DNA of 64,000 nucleotides from Felis catus (Eukaryota): positions 139,438,001 to 139,502,000 of the forward strand of contig NC_058375.1 of assembly GCF_018350175.1 (NCBI RefSeq). The letters run 5' to 3'. Every line of letters begins with the position of its first letter. Position 1 is the stretch's first letter. Positions 49,417 to 61,349 of this stretch are shown piece after piece. The notes beneath the pieces were generated by a model. It was not told the DNA's origin, searched no databases, and was given only the letters and a program-made list of their open reading frames with translations. A program made the translations under genes and the position numbers.

Positions 49417-49842
49417 GCTTCTTTATTTTTTTGATTGTTAGTTGGTCATGGGGAAAATAAATTTTAGTGATGAAAATCTGTTCAGTGGGTGGTATACATT
49501 AGAGAATCAAGTGACGAGAGACATTCTAATATACCAATGAACTCTGGGATGAACACTTAAGTTTGGAACTTTGGAAAGCATGGTACCAAAGAGGTAATCT
49601 TGCCATTTGATCCTTGAGATATTTCTCAACTGGCATGGTTTTGGCATTCAGTTTTTTGGGTGTATGGGACTGTCACAGGCATATCATGAAGTTTATTGAT
49701 ATCCTGCCTGCTAATTGCGATAACCCTGAAATGTTTTTTTCTCGATTTCCAAATGAGGGCCGTGGGATCTGATTTAAGAACCATTGTCCAAGGCTTCTTA
49801 ACCTTTTGTGACTTGGGACTTTGACAGCTTGATAAAATTCCT

Positions 49843-50507
49843 GCTTTTCCCATCCCCTGCTGCAACCCCCAGTTTGTCCTCTGTATTTAAGAGTTTGTTT
49901 TTTTGGTTCGTCTCTTTTTTTTTCTTTGTTCATTTGTTTTGTTTCTTAAATTCCACATATGAGTGAAATCATATAGTATTTGTCTTTGTCTGACTCACTT
50001 CACTTAACATTTTACTCTCTAAATCTATCCATGGNNNNNNNNNNNNNNNNNNNNNNNNNNNNNNNNNNNNNNNNNNNNNNNNNNNNNNNNNNNNNNNNNN
50101 NNNNNNNNNNNNNNNNNNNNNNNNNNNNNNNNNNNNNNNNNNNNNNNNNNNNNNNNNNNNNNNNNNNNNNNNNNNNNNNNNNNNNNNNNNNNNNNNNNNN
50201 NNNNNNGGCTTATAAATAATGCTATAGTAAACATAGAGGTGCATGTATCTTTTTAGTAGTGGTTTTGTTTTCTTTGTTCCAGTTCTTTGTCCCAGTAGGG
50301 GAATTACTGAATCATATGGTAATTCTACTTTTAATTTTTTGAGGAATCTCCATACCGTTTCCAACAGTGGCTGCCCCAGTTTGCATTCCCACTAACAGAG
50401 CATATCGTTCCTTTTTTTCTCCCACATTCTCTCCAGCATTTGTTTTTCCTTGTCTTTTTTGATCATAGCCATTCTGACAGGTGTAAGGTGGTTTTGATTG
50501 TGATCTC
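49843..50507 (-). mobile_element. Carnivore L1, ORF2 C-terminus and partial 3' UTR
   Basis: Translations METVWRFLKKLKVELPYD and WIDLESKMLSEVSQ match the L1 ORF2p C-terminus. Confidence 0.93.
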
Positions 50508-50642
50508 NNNNNNNNNNNNNNNNNNNNNNNNNNNNNNNNNNNNNNNNNNNNNNNNNNNNNNNNNNNNNNNNNNNNNNNNNNNNNNNNNNNNNNNNNNNNN
50601 NNNNNNNNNNNNNNNNNNNNNNNNNNNNNNNNNNNNNNNNNN

Positions 50643-51528
50643 ATAATACCTGGGAGTAAATTTAACCATGTAGGTGAAAGACCTGTACTCTGGAAACTAT
50701 AAAACAGTGATGAAGGAAATTGAGGAGGACACAAACAAATGGACGGATACTCCATGCTCTTGTATCGGGAGAACCAATATTGTTGGTNNNNNNNNNNNNN
50801 NNNNNNNNNNNNNNNNNNNNNNNNNNNNNNNNNNNNNNNNNNNNNNNNNNNNNNNNNNNNNNNNNNNNNNNNNNNNNNNNNNNNNNNNNNNNNNNNNNNN
50901 NNNNNNNNNNNNNNNNNNNNNNNNNNNNNNNNNNNNNNAGACATCACAATCCCAGCTTCAAGATATACTAGAAAGCTGTAGTAATCAAAATGGTATGGTA
51001 CTGGCTCAAAAAATACACACAGAGATCAATGGAATAGAATAGAGACCCTAGAAATAAACCTGTGCTTATATGATCAATTAATCTATGACAAAGGAAGCAA
51101 GAATATACAGTGGGAAAACTGGATAGCTATGTGCCAAAGAATGAAACTGGAACACTTTCTTACGCTGTACACAAAAACAAACTCAAGAGTGGATTAAGGA
51201 CCTACACGTGAGACCTGAAACCGTGTAACTCCCAGAAGAAGACATAGGCAGTAATTTCTTTGACATGGGCCATAGAAACATTTTCCTAGATAGGTCTCCT
51301 GAGGCAAGGGAAACAAAAGCAAAAATAAACTATTGGGACTACACCAAAATAAAAAGCTTTTGTATAGCTCAGGAGACCATCAACAAAATGACAAGACTAC
51401 CTACTGAATGGGAGAAGGTATTTGCAAATGATGTATCTGATAAGGGGCTAGTACCCAAAATATATAAAGAGCGTATACAACTCAATACCAAAAAGAATCA
51501 AGTAAAAAATGGTCAGAGAGCCTGAATC
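50643..51528 (+). mobile_element. Carnivore L1 ORF2 segment in opposite orientation (5' inversion)
   Basis: [22 protein letters not shown] and KAKINYWDYTKIKSFC...PTEWEKVFAN match ORF2p downstream of the RT domain; frameshifted. Confidence 0.93.
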
Positions 51529-51664
51529 AGTACGGTTTTAAATGCATAAAATAGAATCACATAAAGCCAATTATATTGAAAGTTATCAAAATAATATAAG
51601 TTTGTAATTTACATGCTTTGGTAATACATTAATGACAAGATTTAGAGTTGAATCTAATTATCTT

Positions 51665-51681
51665 AGTTGTAATGTTTGAGA

Positions 51682-51724
<43 letters not shown>

Positions 51725-51903
51725 AGCGACTGAGCACGAGTGCGGGAGGGGCAGAGAGAGAGAGGGAGACACAGAATTCGAAGCAGGCTCCAGGCTCCAA
51801 GCTGTCAGCAAAGAGCTGGACGCGGGGCTTGAACTCCCGAACCATGAGATCTTGACCTGGTCTGAAGTCAGATGCTTAAATGACTGAGCCACCCAGGCAC
51901 CCC
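51665..51903 (-). mobile_element. Can-SINE with long (GA)n
   Basis: TSD taattatctt. Confidence 0.94.
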
Positions 51904-53361
51904 TAATTATCTTTTTAAGTAGTGATAAGTATAAACAATATTTAAGTAGTGATAAGTATTAACAACCCCTAATTATCTTTTTAAGTAGTGATAAGTATAA
52001 ACAATATTTGGACAAGTGCAACCACTGTAATAGGACAATGAAACGATCTGTGATTTCTGTTGTATTGCTAGTCCTGAGTATTACTAGTACTGTTATTTTG
52101 CCTTTTGCCTACATTAGTAATTGAAGGAAATGTTAAATTTGATAGAAGTTAGTGGAATAAGAGAAATGATTGTTTTCTCACCCAAGTTTATGGCCCCTCA
52201 ATTCTTTCTTTGGAAGTTTTGAAGGTCTTTGACCTGAGGTTTAGAATCCCTCAGAAGAATTTCTTTGGCCCAAATGGCAACCTTATTGCCATGTCATCCT
52301 TGTCCCAAATATATAGTTAGGCTAAAGATTTTATTATTACTATAAAGGAGATGTTACTGTAAACAGAATATGTTATTTTTGTATTTAAGATATTTTCTAC
52401 ATTTTTTAAGTTGGAAAATAATATACCCACATGATGTAAAGATAAAAATTTATACCACAAAATGATATATATGAAAAGTAAATGTCCTTCCTCCCCACAT
52501 CCCAGACACTGTACAGAGGCAGCTGTTGTTGGCATCATGCATGTGTATCCTAGAAAACTGCTAAACAAATGCTTATTTCTTGTATTCATTTTGTAAGTAA
52601 TATGTGACCTTAGAGTTAGTTTCTTAATCTAGAGTCATTCATTAAGTCAGGTAATTTTGATTTTAAATTTAAAAATCTCTGAGGAATTGAGAATTGGCAA
52701 ATTGTAGCTTTCTAATTCGATTGTTTGGAGTTTAGATATAAAACCTTAATCTTTTATTCCCACGTTGCAGTTTGGCTGTCTGTAAGCCTTGCATTGTGCA
52801 TAGGACTTTTGTTTATTTTTCTATATATAAAATAAGTATTTTAAAGTCCGATTAACTATTAAATGTCTTGTCAGTGAATTTTTTTTTTACCAATTATTTA
52901 TGGCCTTAAGTAGCAGTTTAGGTCAGAAGAGCAATAATAGGCTCCCCTTTTGAAGAAAGTCGTCTTATTTCGGGTTATCATATTGGTAAGCTGGATCTTT
53001 CACACAGACTGCACTCTTTCAAACTTTCATTGCAGTTGTTTGTGTTCATTCATTAAGTAGCTCCGTGAATGCATGGACTGTGTCTGTATTACCTTTGTAA
53101 TACAGCTGCTTACTAAATAGTTGCTGATGGAGCGAGCAATGCCTGTTATGTACTTTAGGTTACAGAAAGGAATAGAGGTGGTACCTGTCTTCAAGCAGTT
53201 TGTAGTCCCAAAGAAAAGAGTTGTACATGGATGACTGCATATAAGGTTTAATGTGTTATGTAAAAAGTAAAAATTATATTGTGGAAATTTGTGTCACAAG
53301 GACGTGATTTGAACAAGAGTATGTCTGAGCTCATGTAATAGCTAGTAGAAGATACCAAATT

Positions 53362-53532
53362 GGGGTGTCTGGGTGGCTCAGTCGGGTAAACATCCAACTC
53401 TTGGTTTCAGCTCAGGTCATGATCTCACTGTTGGTGGGGTTGAGCCCTGCACTGGGCTCTGTACTGTCAGCAGAGATTCTCTGCTGTCTCTCTGGGATTC
53501 TCTCTGTCTCTCAAATAATAAACTTAAAAAAA
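53362..53532 (+). mobile_element. Older Can-SINE
   Basis: ggggtgtctgggtggctcagtcgg head; A tail. Confidence 0.9.
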
Positions 53533-53551
53533 ATACTACTGAATTATTTTT

Positions 53552-53776
53552 TTTTTTTTAAATTTTTTTTCAACGTTTTTATTTTATTTTTGGGACAGAG
53601 AGAGACAGAGCATGAATGGGGGAGGGGCAGAGAGAGAGGGAGACACAGAATCGGAAACAGGCTCCAGACTCTGAGCCATCAGCCCAGAGCCTGACGCGGG
53701 GCTCGAACTCCCGGACCGCGAGATCGTGACCTGGCTGAAGTCGGACGCTTAACCCACTGCGCCACCCAGGCGCCCC
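53552..53776 (-). mobile_element. Very young felid Can-SINE
   Basis: Same variant motifs as 25981-26193; TSD tgaattattttt. Confidence 0.97.
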
Positions 53777-54314
53777 ATGAATTATTTTTTACAAATGAGT
53801 TTTGAAGTTATTTCGTATGCCACGATGTCATGAGTTTTTTGTTTATGTTTTTTTTTCCTGGTACATGTCATTGCTTTTCATATTGGAAAGTGTGTGATGT
53901 CCTGGAGAGTTGTTAGAGGGTTGAAAGAATTTTTGTGGTCTAGTGTAGAGTCACCTTTTAGGATAGGCAGACTTGTGTTAAGAGCATTTCCTGTTGTTTT
54001 TGTTTTGGTTTTGGTTTTAAGAGCAGTTCCTGTGTAAAGAGCTGTGGGAAGAGAAACTTTGTGATATGAAGGATGATCTGAAGAACTAGTGCTGCCTTAT
54101 TTATTGTACAAGTAATGTGGAGATTTTATTTATTTTGCTTTAGAACACAGAGGACACTTTCCATGGAGAAAGTACTTAGAAGATTTTCTGTACATTATAG
54201 GTGCTTCAGACAGCAGTAGTTCCCCTTCAACTTTATCTGAAATACCAGCTCAGCCATCTTACATTCATCAGGGCTTTCAAAATACCTCCAAAAGAAATAC
54301 AGAAGGTTTAGGTC

Positions 54315-54496
54315 AGTGATTCTCAAACTTTGTCATGCATCAGAATCACTTGGAGGGCTTGTTAAAACACTGATTGCTGAGCTTCATTCTGACATTGTAG
54401 TTTTTAGTGGATCTGGAATGGGACCTAGGAATTCGTATTTTTTAACAGGTTCCTGATGCTGCCTGTCCAGTGACCCCACTCTGAAAACTACCACTG
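54315..54496. mobile_element. MER5A
   Basis: cagtgattctcaaactt...gcatcagaatcacttggagggcttgttaaaacac...ctctgaaaactaccactg. Confidence 0.85.
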
Positions 54497-54741
54497 TAGG
54501 AGGAAGAATAGCAGTTCCATCTTGACCACATAGCAGAACAATCTGGGGTGCTTTTGTAAAGTGCATGTGTTTACCTTAGACTTCCCAGCCAAATCACAGT
54601 TTATGGGTGATTCTGATTCTAGGTCGAAAAAACAGTTAGTTATGTATGCCCATGTCCCCTGCCTGTCTGCCTTGCCATTTTACCATTCCAGTAAGGAGTA
54701 TTTCTCTTATTCATTGGCTTTTGAACTCTTTTGATTGACTC

Positions 54742-54743
<2 letters not shown>

Positions 54744-54784
<41 letters not shown>
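54744..54784. repeat. (TG)20 microsatellite
   Basis: Perfect run. Confidence 0.97.
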
Positions 54785-54786
<2 letters not shown>

Positions 54787-54845
54787 CTGAAATAAAACTG
54801 AAATAAAGTGTGTCTTGACATGCACACACACTACACACACAAATA

Positions 54846-55469
54846 TACTGTTGGGTGTTTGTTTATGCAGTAGTTCTGTCAAGTTGCCACAAACAATGGA
54901 TTAATGAATACTGAACCATTGCTTCTAAAGGAAATACAGGGCTGGTTCACAGGAACCTCTCTGGTCACAACATTTTCATCAAACAAATCAATACAAATTC
55001 TTGTTTTATGCATGTTTGTGTTTTGAAGATACTTTATTTAACATATACTATTGATTCTTGGCATTGAACTCACAGCCAGCAGCACTGTAAGTCATGCCTG
55101 AATGAAACTTGTCTAACACAGTTTCTCTGTAAGTTACATCACAGCCGTCTTGTGCTTAAGAACATTATAGCACTTCACTACTGCATTTGGGGAGTCCATA
55201 AACAATGAAATCATCAAAAAACTATAAAAATGCAAAAAAGTGGCACTGAATAGAATGTTAGAAATACACTTATTTATAGTATAAGAGCTGAAAGAAGAGT
55301 GTCACCTCCTTTGACCTCAGCTGGGAACATATGATTGGGATGATTTGAAAGCTGCTTTGCACATTCTTTGAATGACTGAAAGTACTGCACATATTGATTT
55401 TGGGGATCACACATTTGTGTGAGGTGAATTTGCAAACACAGAATTTGTGAGTATTGAGGATTGGCTATA
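54846..55469. mobile_element. MER82-like Tigger-family DNA transposon
   Basis: gaatactgaaccattgcttctaaaggaaatacaggg...ctctggtcacaacattttcatcaa; end gaatttgtgagtattgaggattggctata; TA flanks. Confidence 0.7.
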
Positions 55470-55620
55470 CATATAGCCAATAGAAATAGCTATTTCTGTT
55501 TTGTTAAATGAGCTAATTACTGATTTTATGATTGACTAGAGATTCAACCCATAGTTTGAAAAACACTGTTCTGATACAGCAACACATGTTACATATAACT
55601 TACTAGTTATGCAGTGTTAA

Positions 55621-55640
55621 GTAGTCAAGTGATATTAAGC

Positions 55641-55671
<31 letters not shown>

Positions 55672-55702
55672 GTGTGTGTATATATATATATGTATATATA
55701 TG
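55621..55702. repeat. Compound (TA)n/(TG)n microsatellite
   Basis: Direct reading; pure run starts at 55641. Confidence 0.9.
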
Positions 55703-56086
55703 CGTGTTTGTGTGTTTCCTTCATTTAGAGTATATAAGGTTTAATCTTGATAATGGGGAGCTGTGGTTTTGGAGGGTGCATCATCAGGTTTGTATTTGTA
55801 AAAGATCATTGTTGATGGATGGGTTGTGGAGGGCAGCACATGGCTAGCAGTGATAGTGGTGGTGGCAGAGGTGGCAGAACAGAGACTAAGCGAGTTGTAA
55901 GGCCAAAGCACTGGAAATGTGATTTCTAGCTATGTATTTTCAGCAGATTTGTGACAGAGTAAAGACAATTGGGATGCTTTGTGGATTAAGGGATTTCAAT
56001 TAAGTCTTAATTTTATATCAGGGATTCTTAATTGAAATTTCTGGTACCTAGATAGACTTAATGGGGTCTGTGAACTTACTGATTTT

Positions 56087-56248
56087 TAAAAATTATTTTA
56101 TTTTAGAACAAAAGTGGGGGAGAGGAGCAGAGAGGGAGAGTGAGAATCCCAAGCAGGCTTCCTATTCAGGGCTCAATCCCATGACTCCAGGATCATGACC
56201 TGAGCTGAAATCAAGAGTCGGATGTTCGACTGAGCCACCCAGGCACCC
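56087..56248 (-). mobile_element. Short older Can-SINE
   Basis: TSD cttactgatttt. Confidence 0.88.
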
Positions 56249-56471
56249 CTTACTGATTTTTTTTTTTTTAACCACAGTTTTATGTAGGTCTCCTGATTAC
56301 TCCTCTCATCATCAGGTTATTAATGAAGAAAATGACCTAGAGGAGGTTAAGAATTACAGTTTAGTAGATAGTACAGATTGCTTTTTTCATTGTTAATCCT
56401 TATTGTATATGAATCACAAAGTTCTAAATTTTCTGAGAATTCGAAGGAGGTATTTAAAAAGCTTTAGACTG

Positions 56472-56636
56472 GGGCACCTGGGTGGCTCAGTCAGTTAAGC
56501 GGCTGACTTCCGCTCAGGTGATGATATCATGGTTCATGAGTTCAAGCCCCACATCTCTCCTGCTCTGTGCTGACAGCTCAGAGCCTGGAGCCTGCTTTGG
56601 TTTCTGTGTCTCCCCCTCTCTCTCTGCCCCTCCCCT

Positions 56637-56668
<32 letters not shown>

Positions 56669-56690
56669 AAAAATAAACATTAAAAAATTT
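56472..56690 (+). mobile_element. Can-SINE
   Basis: TSD aaaaagctttagact. Confidence 0.95.
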
Positions 56691-56907
56691 AAAAAGCTTT
56701 AGACTGAGTTTGTGTTATTATGAAATGCAGAATTTTTACGTGGAAGCACGTTACTGAAGAAAGTAAATGTACTTAATGTAAAGAAGATTCTTTGAATCAT
56801 ACTTTACAAAAGTAAAATTTAGATAATTGTTTGCCTGTATTGTAGTGAATTTGTGTTTAGAAACAGTGGTGTAATTAAAATTTGCCTAATATGTTTTTTG
56901 TATTTAG

Positions 56908-56947
56908 GGCATGATACAGCACAGGAAGATACTCATTCTATAGAGTG
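56908..56947 (+). other. Candidate 40-nt internal exon
   Basis: Branch point cctaat 56885-56890, tgttttttgtatttAG acceptor, GTG|gtaatg donor; one open frame (HDTAQEDTHSIE). Confidence 0.4.
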
Positions 56948-57278
56948 GTAATGCAGTACACATGATCACTGGAAATGTGCTCAGCCACCTGAGCATGTCT
57001 GAAGTAGCTAATGTCTCTGTAAATTGGAAAAACAAACCCCCAAAACATCCAGCTTGTTTTATCTGTTTTTGAAAATCCCCACCTCTCCTTTGTAGCAGCA
57101 TCATACATATATGTTTATATGTAAAACATTCAGAATATACCCATAAGTATAAAGAAGAAAATACAGATCCCTTGCAATCCTACCATTCTGAGATATCCAC
57201 GTTTTTGACCTTTGTGGATGTACTTCCTTCCTTGCTTTTTTTCCCTCTGCATTTATGTATTTATAGGTATATAAGTAT

Positions 57279-57281
<3 letters not shown>

Positions 57282-57325
<44 letters not shown>
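57282..57325. repeat. (GT)22 microsatellite
   Basis: Perfect run. Confidence 0.97.
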
Positions 57326-57327
<2 letters not shown>

Positions 57328-57809
57328 AGAGAGAGAGATTTGCTTTTTAATCTCTTCCTTTCAGATTGAGAAATCTGTGGCCCAGCCTGAGTCATCTTGT
57401 CAATTATTGGATTAACCCTAGTTACTGTAGCCTGAGAAGTGGACGGTATAAGAGAATGGCAGTTTGCATTTTGATCATTGGTGTAAAGGGAGTTTGGGGA
57501 GGAAGGAACAGGGATTCCCCAAAACAAGGGATTAAGGCATAAATACAGTTGTTAAAAAAAATTCCTGTGGGATAGGCATTGATTCTGATTTTTAAATACT
57601 ATAAGTAGGTGGTGTTCCATTGTACATTTAATCAGTGTCCTCTTGATGGATATTGGTTGTTATGTAGCCAAAATTTTCATTTCTTAATGAAAGAATGCTT
57701 CTGGTTTTTTAATTAAAATTAAGGTCGTTTTGCCACCTCTCTCAAAATTTACCTCAAGATTTCTTCTAGAACCTGTCTGATTTGTTCTAGTACGCATGGC
57801 TCTGTAGGT

Positions 57810-59230
57810 CCGTTTTTTTTTTTTCCATCTAAATGCATGTCCAGTTGTCCAAACACCATTAAAAAAAAAATCTTTTCTTCCTGGTTTGAGATGCCACTTT
57901 CATCATCTTTGAAATTTCTTAGCCATTTGGATTTATTTTTAAATTTTCTATTTTGTTTCATTGGGCAGAAGACTTTTTAAAACACGTTTTTTTGAAGATA
58001 TACTGTTGTAATATCAATCATTTCATTGTTTTATTTTTATATTTTTATCATTTAAAAAATACATGGTGAGGCTAGTTCTAACATTCTTACTGCTTTCCTT
58101 TTCAGAGTTTTCCTTACTATTGTTGCTCGTTTATTTTTCCATATGACCTTTATAATTTTGTCTGACTTCAGAAAGAAAATGTTGGTGTTTTACTGGCACT
58201 TACCATACATTTGTAAATTAGCTTATAGATAATTGACATCTTTGTGATGTTGACTTTTTATCCAAGAACATGATTTGTCTCTTCATTTGTTAGAGTCTAG
58301 TTATATTTATTTTCAGGAGCATTCTTTTTCTGTTTGCTTTGTTTTTGGTTAAACTTATTTCTCGGAATTTTATTTACTTGGTTGCTATTGTAAATGTTAC
58401 CTTGTTTTCTATTATACTTTATAACTTGTTATTATTTGTATTTTTAAAAACTATTGATTTTTATATATTAATTTTATATCTTGTGACTTTAAGTTACCTG
58501 ATTGTACTTACTTTTGCATGGGTTCTCTTGAGTTATTGAGCTATAAATATCATGTAACTTACTTAAAGAGATAGTTTATTTCTGCTTTTCTAACTAGTGT
58601 GCTTCTCATTACCTTTCATTATTTAAAATTTCTGTTGGAAAATTATTTCCATTCCATATTGAATAGTAGTAAGGATAACGGGCATCTTTGTTTCTTACTT
58701 CAGTGTGACTGCTGGTAGTGTTTCTCCATTAAATAAGATGTAGATTATTCTAGACTGATTTATAGACGTAGAAAACAAAATAGGTATTTACTCGGGCACC
58801 TGGGTGGCTCAGTTGGTTAAAGGTCGAATTTTGGCTCAGGTCATGATCTCACAGTTTGTGAGTTCAAGCCCCGCATCAGGCTCTTTGCTGACAGCTCAGA
58901 GCCTGGAGCCTGCTTCAGATTCTGTGTCTCCCTCTCTCTCTGTCCTCCCCCACCCCCTGCCTCTCAAACATAAATAAACGTTAAAAAAAATATATAGGTA
59001 CTTACAGTAGAATATTATACATATGTATGTAATTTCATAAAAATAATATGTAAAACCTCCAGTGTTTCTACCATAAATGAGTCTTGAATATTTTCAAATG
59101 CCTTTTTGGAATTTGTGGAGATTTTCCCTTCAGATCTGTTCATTATTGATGAATTATAATATTGAACCATCCCTAGCATTTGTGGAATGAACACCATTTG
59201 GTGATGAGGTATTATTCTTTTTAAAAATAT
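57810..59230 (-). mobile_element. Old L1 (L1M/L1ME) fragments split by a SINE
   Basis: ccagttgtccaaacaccatt; aattgacatctttgtgatgttga...tccaagaacatg; ttgttgctattgtaaatg-like; atattgaatagtagt; ttgaaccatccctagcatt. Confidence 0.7.
58794..58992 (+). mobile_element. Can-SINE
   Basis: TSD ataggtattta/ataggtactta. Confidence 0.94.
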
Positions 59231-59839
59231 TTTTAGTCTTAATACATTCTTCTCTGTAACAGGATTTACAGAGATTTGGCGTCTTGTTGGCCCAAGGTGG
59301 CCACTCGATAGCTTCTAAATTTATATCTATTTAAGCAGAAATCTCTGGCTGAGAGTAGTGATTCACTCTCATTTCTAACTTCCCAGGAGATATAATATGA
59401 TTGACCTAATTCAGGTAAGGTATCTAGCCTGATTCAGTTGACTGTGTTTGGGGTAAGGTGAGATGATTGACTACCTTGGTGGATAGCAACCCACTCCTGG
59501 GGAGACAATGGTAGTTGAGAGAGTGGACATTGGTGGGAGTGAGACTGACTTCTCAAAAGGTGTCTAACTATAATTTTGTATTTTGCAAAACCCTGTTTAT
59601 ATAGTTACATAGTTAGCAAAATTCCAGGTTTTACTGAAACAGACTAAGATTTCTTTTTTAAATTGTAGTCTATTATGGGATCACCACTGGCTTTCTTATC
59701 TACTCTACAGTACATGTTTTCAGTGGTTACTTGGAGTTAAGAAAGATCCTAAATGGCTGTCCCTCTGAGTCACCTTTCACCACTACTGCCTACCCCACTG
59801 CAAGGGGGAAAGTTCTTAATCTTAGCATATGTGTAAAGG

Positions 59840-60630
59840 TGTATATATTCAGTTCTGACATCTATTCCAGTGTGGGGGATTCCGCCCCCCCCCCCCCCCC
59901 CCCCCGCACACACACACCAAGCAATTCTCTGACATCAGTGGAGTGTCCTACAATTCAACTCAATTCTGACACTGGAGATAGCATTAGATCCTAAAGGTTA
60001 AGGGCTCAGTTCTACAAGACTGTTCCTCTCCTCCACTTTCAGATGCCAATCACGAGTTCAGGTAGTCGCCTGTGCATCTGACTGACTGGTTCTAGATCGG
60101 CGTATCCAACCACCCCCTCCTTAGGTTCAATTAATTTGCTAAAGTGGTTCACAGAACTCAGAGAAACGTTTTACTTGGTAGATGACTGGTTTATTAATAA
60201 AAGGATAAAACTCGGGAACAGTCAGGGAGAAGGCAATTTATAGGGCAACATATGGGGAAAGGGGCATGGGGTGTCCATACCCTCTTGGAATTTGCCACTC
60301 TTCCAGCCACCTCCATGTATCTATCAGCCTGTGAACTCTCTGAACCTAGTCCTTTTGGGGTTTTTTATGGAGGCTTCATTACATAGGCATAATTGATTAA
60401 CTATTGGTGATTGATCTACAATCTGTAGGCCATCTCCTCTCCCCAGAGATTAGGTTTGGGACTGAAAGTTCCAATTCTCTAATCCCATGATTGGTTCTCT
60501 TGACAACCAGCCACCATGCTTAGATGCTTTCCAAAAGTCACCTCATAACATAAACTATATATGCTTGAAAGGGATTTGTTAGGAATATCAAGTCACACTT
60601 ATCACTTAGGAAATTCCAAGAGTTTTAGGA
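59840..60630. mobile_element. MER21-like solo LTR
   Basis: caccaagcaattctctgacatcag...gtgtcctacaattcaactcaattctgacac...ggttaagggctcag...acagaactcagagaaac...cttaggaaattccaagagttttagg. Confidence 0.8.
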
Positions 60631-60754
60631 GTTTTGTGCCAGGAATTGGGACTCACATCGAATGTGTATTTCTTGTTATCACAGTATTACATGGGTTTTC
60701 AAAAGTTAGAATTTAATTATTTATGTATAGCAAATTTTCTATTTGAAAGATGTC

Positions 60755-61320
60755 TTTCTAAAATAGATTTGTTGAGGTATATTGATGAATGAACAGCACA
60801 TACTTAACATGTACAATTTGTTGACATTTATATACACCTGTAAAACCGTTATTACCACAGTTAAGATAATGAACATATTTACCATCTCTAAAAGTTGTTT
60901 CCTCATGCTCCTTTATAAGTCCTCTCTCCTTTTTTCGGGCAAACACTAATCTGCTGTCACTGTGGATTAGTGGTTTGCATTTTCTAGACTTTTATATAAA
61001 TAGAGTAATTAAGCATATATTCTTTCTTGGTCTGGTTTCTTTCACTCAGCATGATTGTTTGAGATTNNNNNNNNNNNNNNNNNNNNNNNNNNNNNNNNNN
61101 NNNNNNNNNNNNNNNNNNNNNNNNNNNNNNNNNNNNNNNNNNNNNNNNNNNNNNNNNNNNNNNNNNNNNNNNNNNNNNNNNNNNNNNNNNNNNNNNNNNN
61201 NNNNNNNNNNTTTGGGTAAATACCTGGAGATTAAACGGCTTGATTATATAGTGGGTATATTAAAACTGTTTAATTTTTTTGAAAAGCTGTTAAACTGTTT
61301 TCCAGAGTGGTTATACCATA
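60755..61320 (-). mobile_element. L1M 3' end
   Basis: ttgttgaggtatattga terminus; tttgcattttctagacttttatataaat; aaactgttttccagagtggttatacc. Confidence 0.8.
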
Positions 61321-61349
61321 AAGATACCTTTTGTGAGATGCATAGTTTA

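Larger units (their letters stand above)
49787..52252. mobile_element. MER119-like hAT-Charlie element split by L1 and a SINE
   Basis: Left end ttcttaacctttt...; resumes at 51528 (ttttaaatgcataaaata...ccaattatattgaaa); gaaggaaatgttaaattt...ccaagtttatggcccc...ggtttagaatccc right end. Confidence 0.7.

Noticed and set aside
50674-51525. ORFs similar to L1 ORF2p
   Set aside because: Frameshifted, truncated pieces of a dead L1; listed as mobile elements, not CDS.
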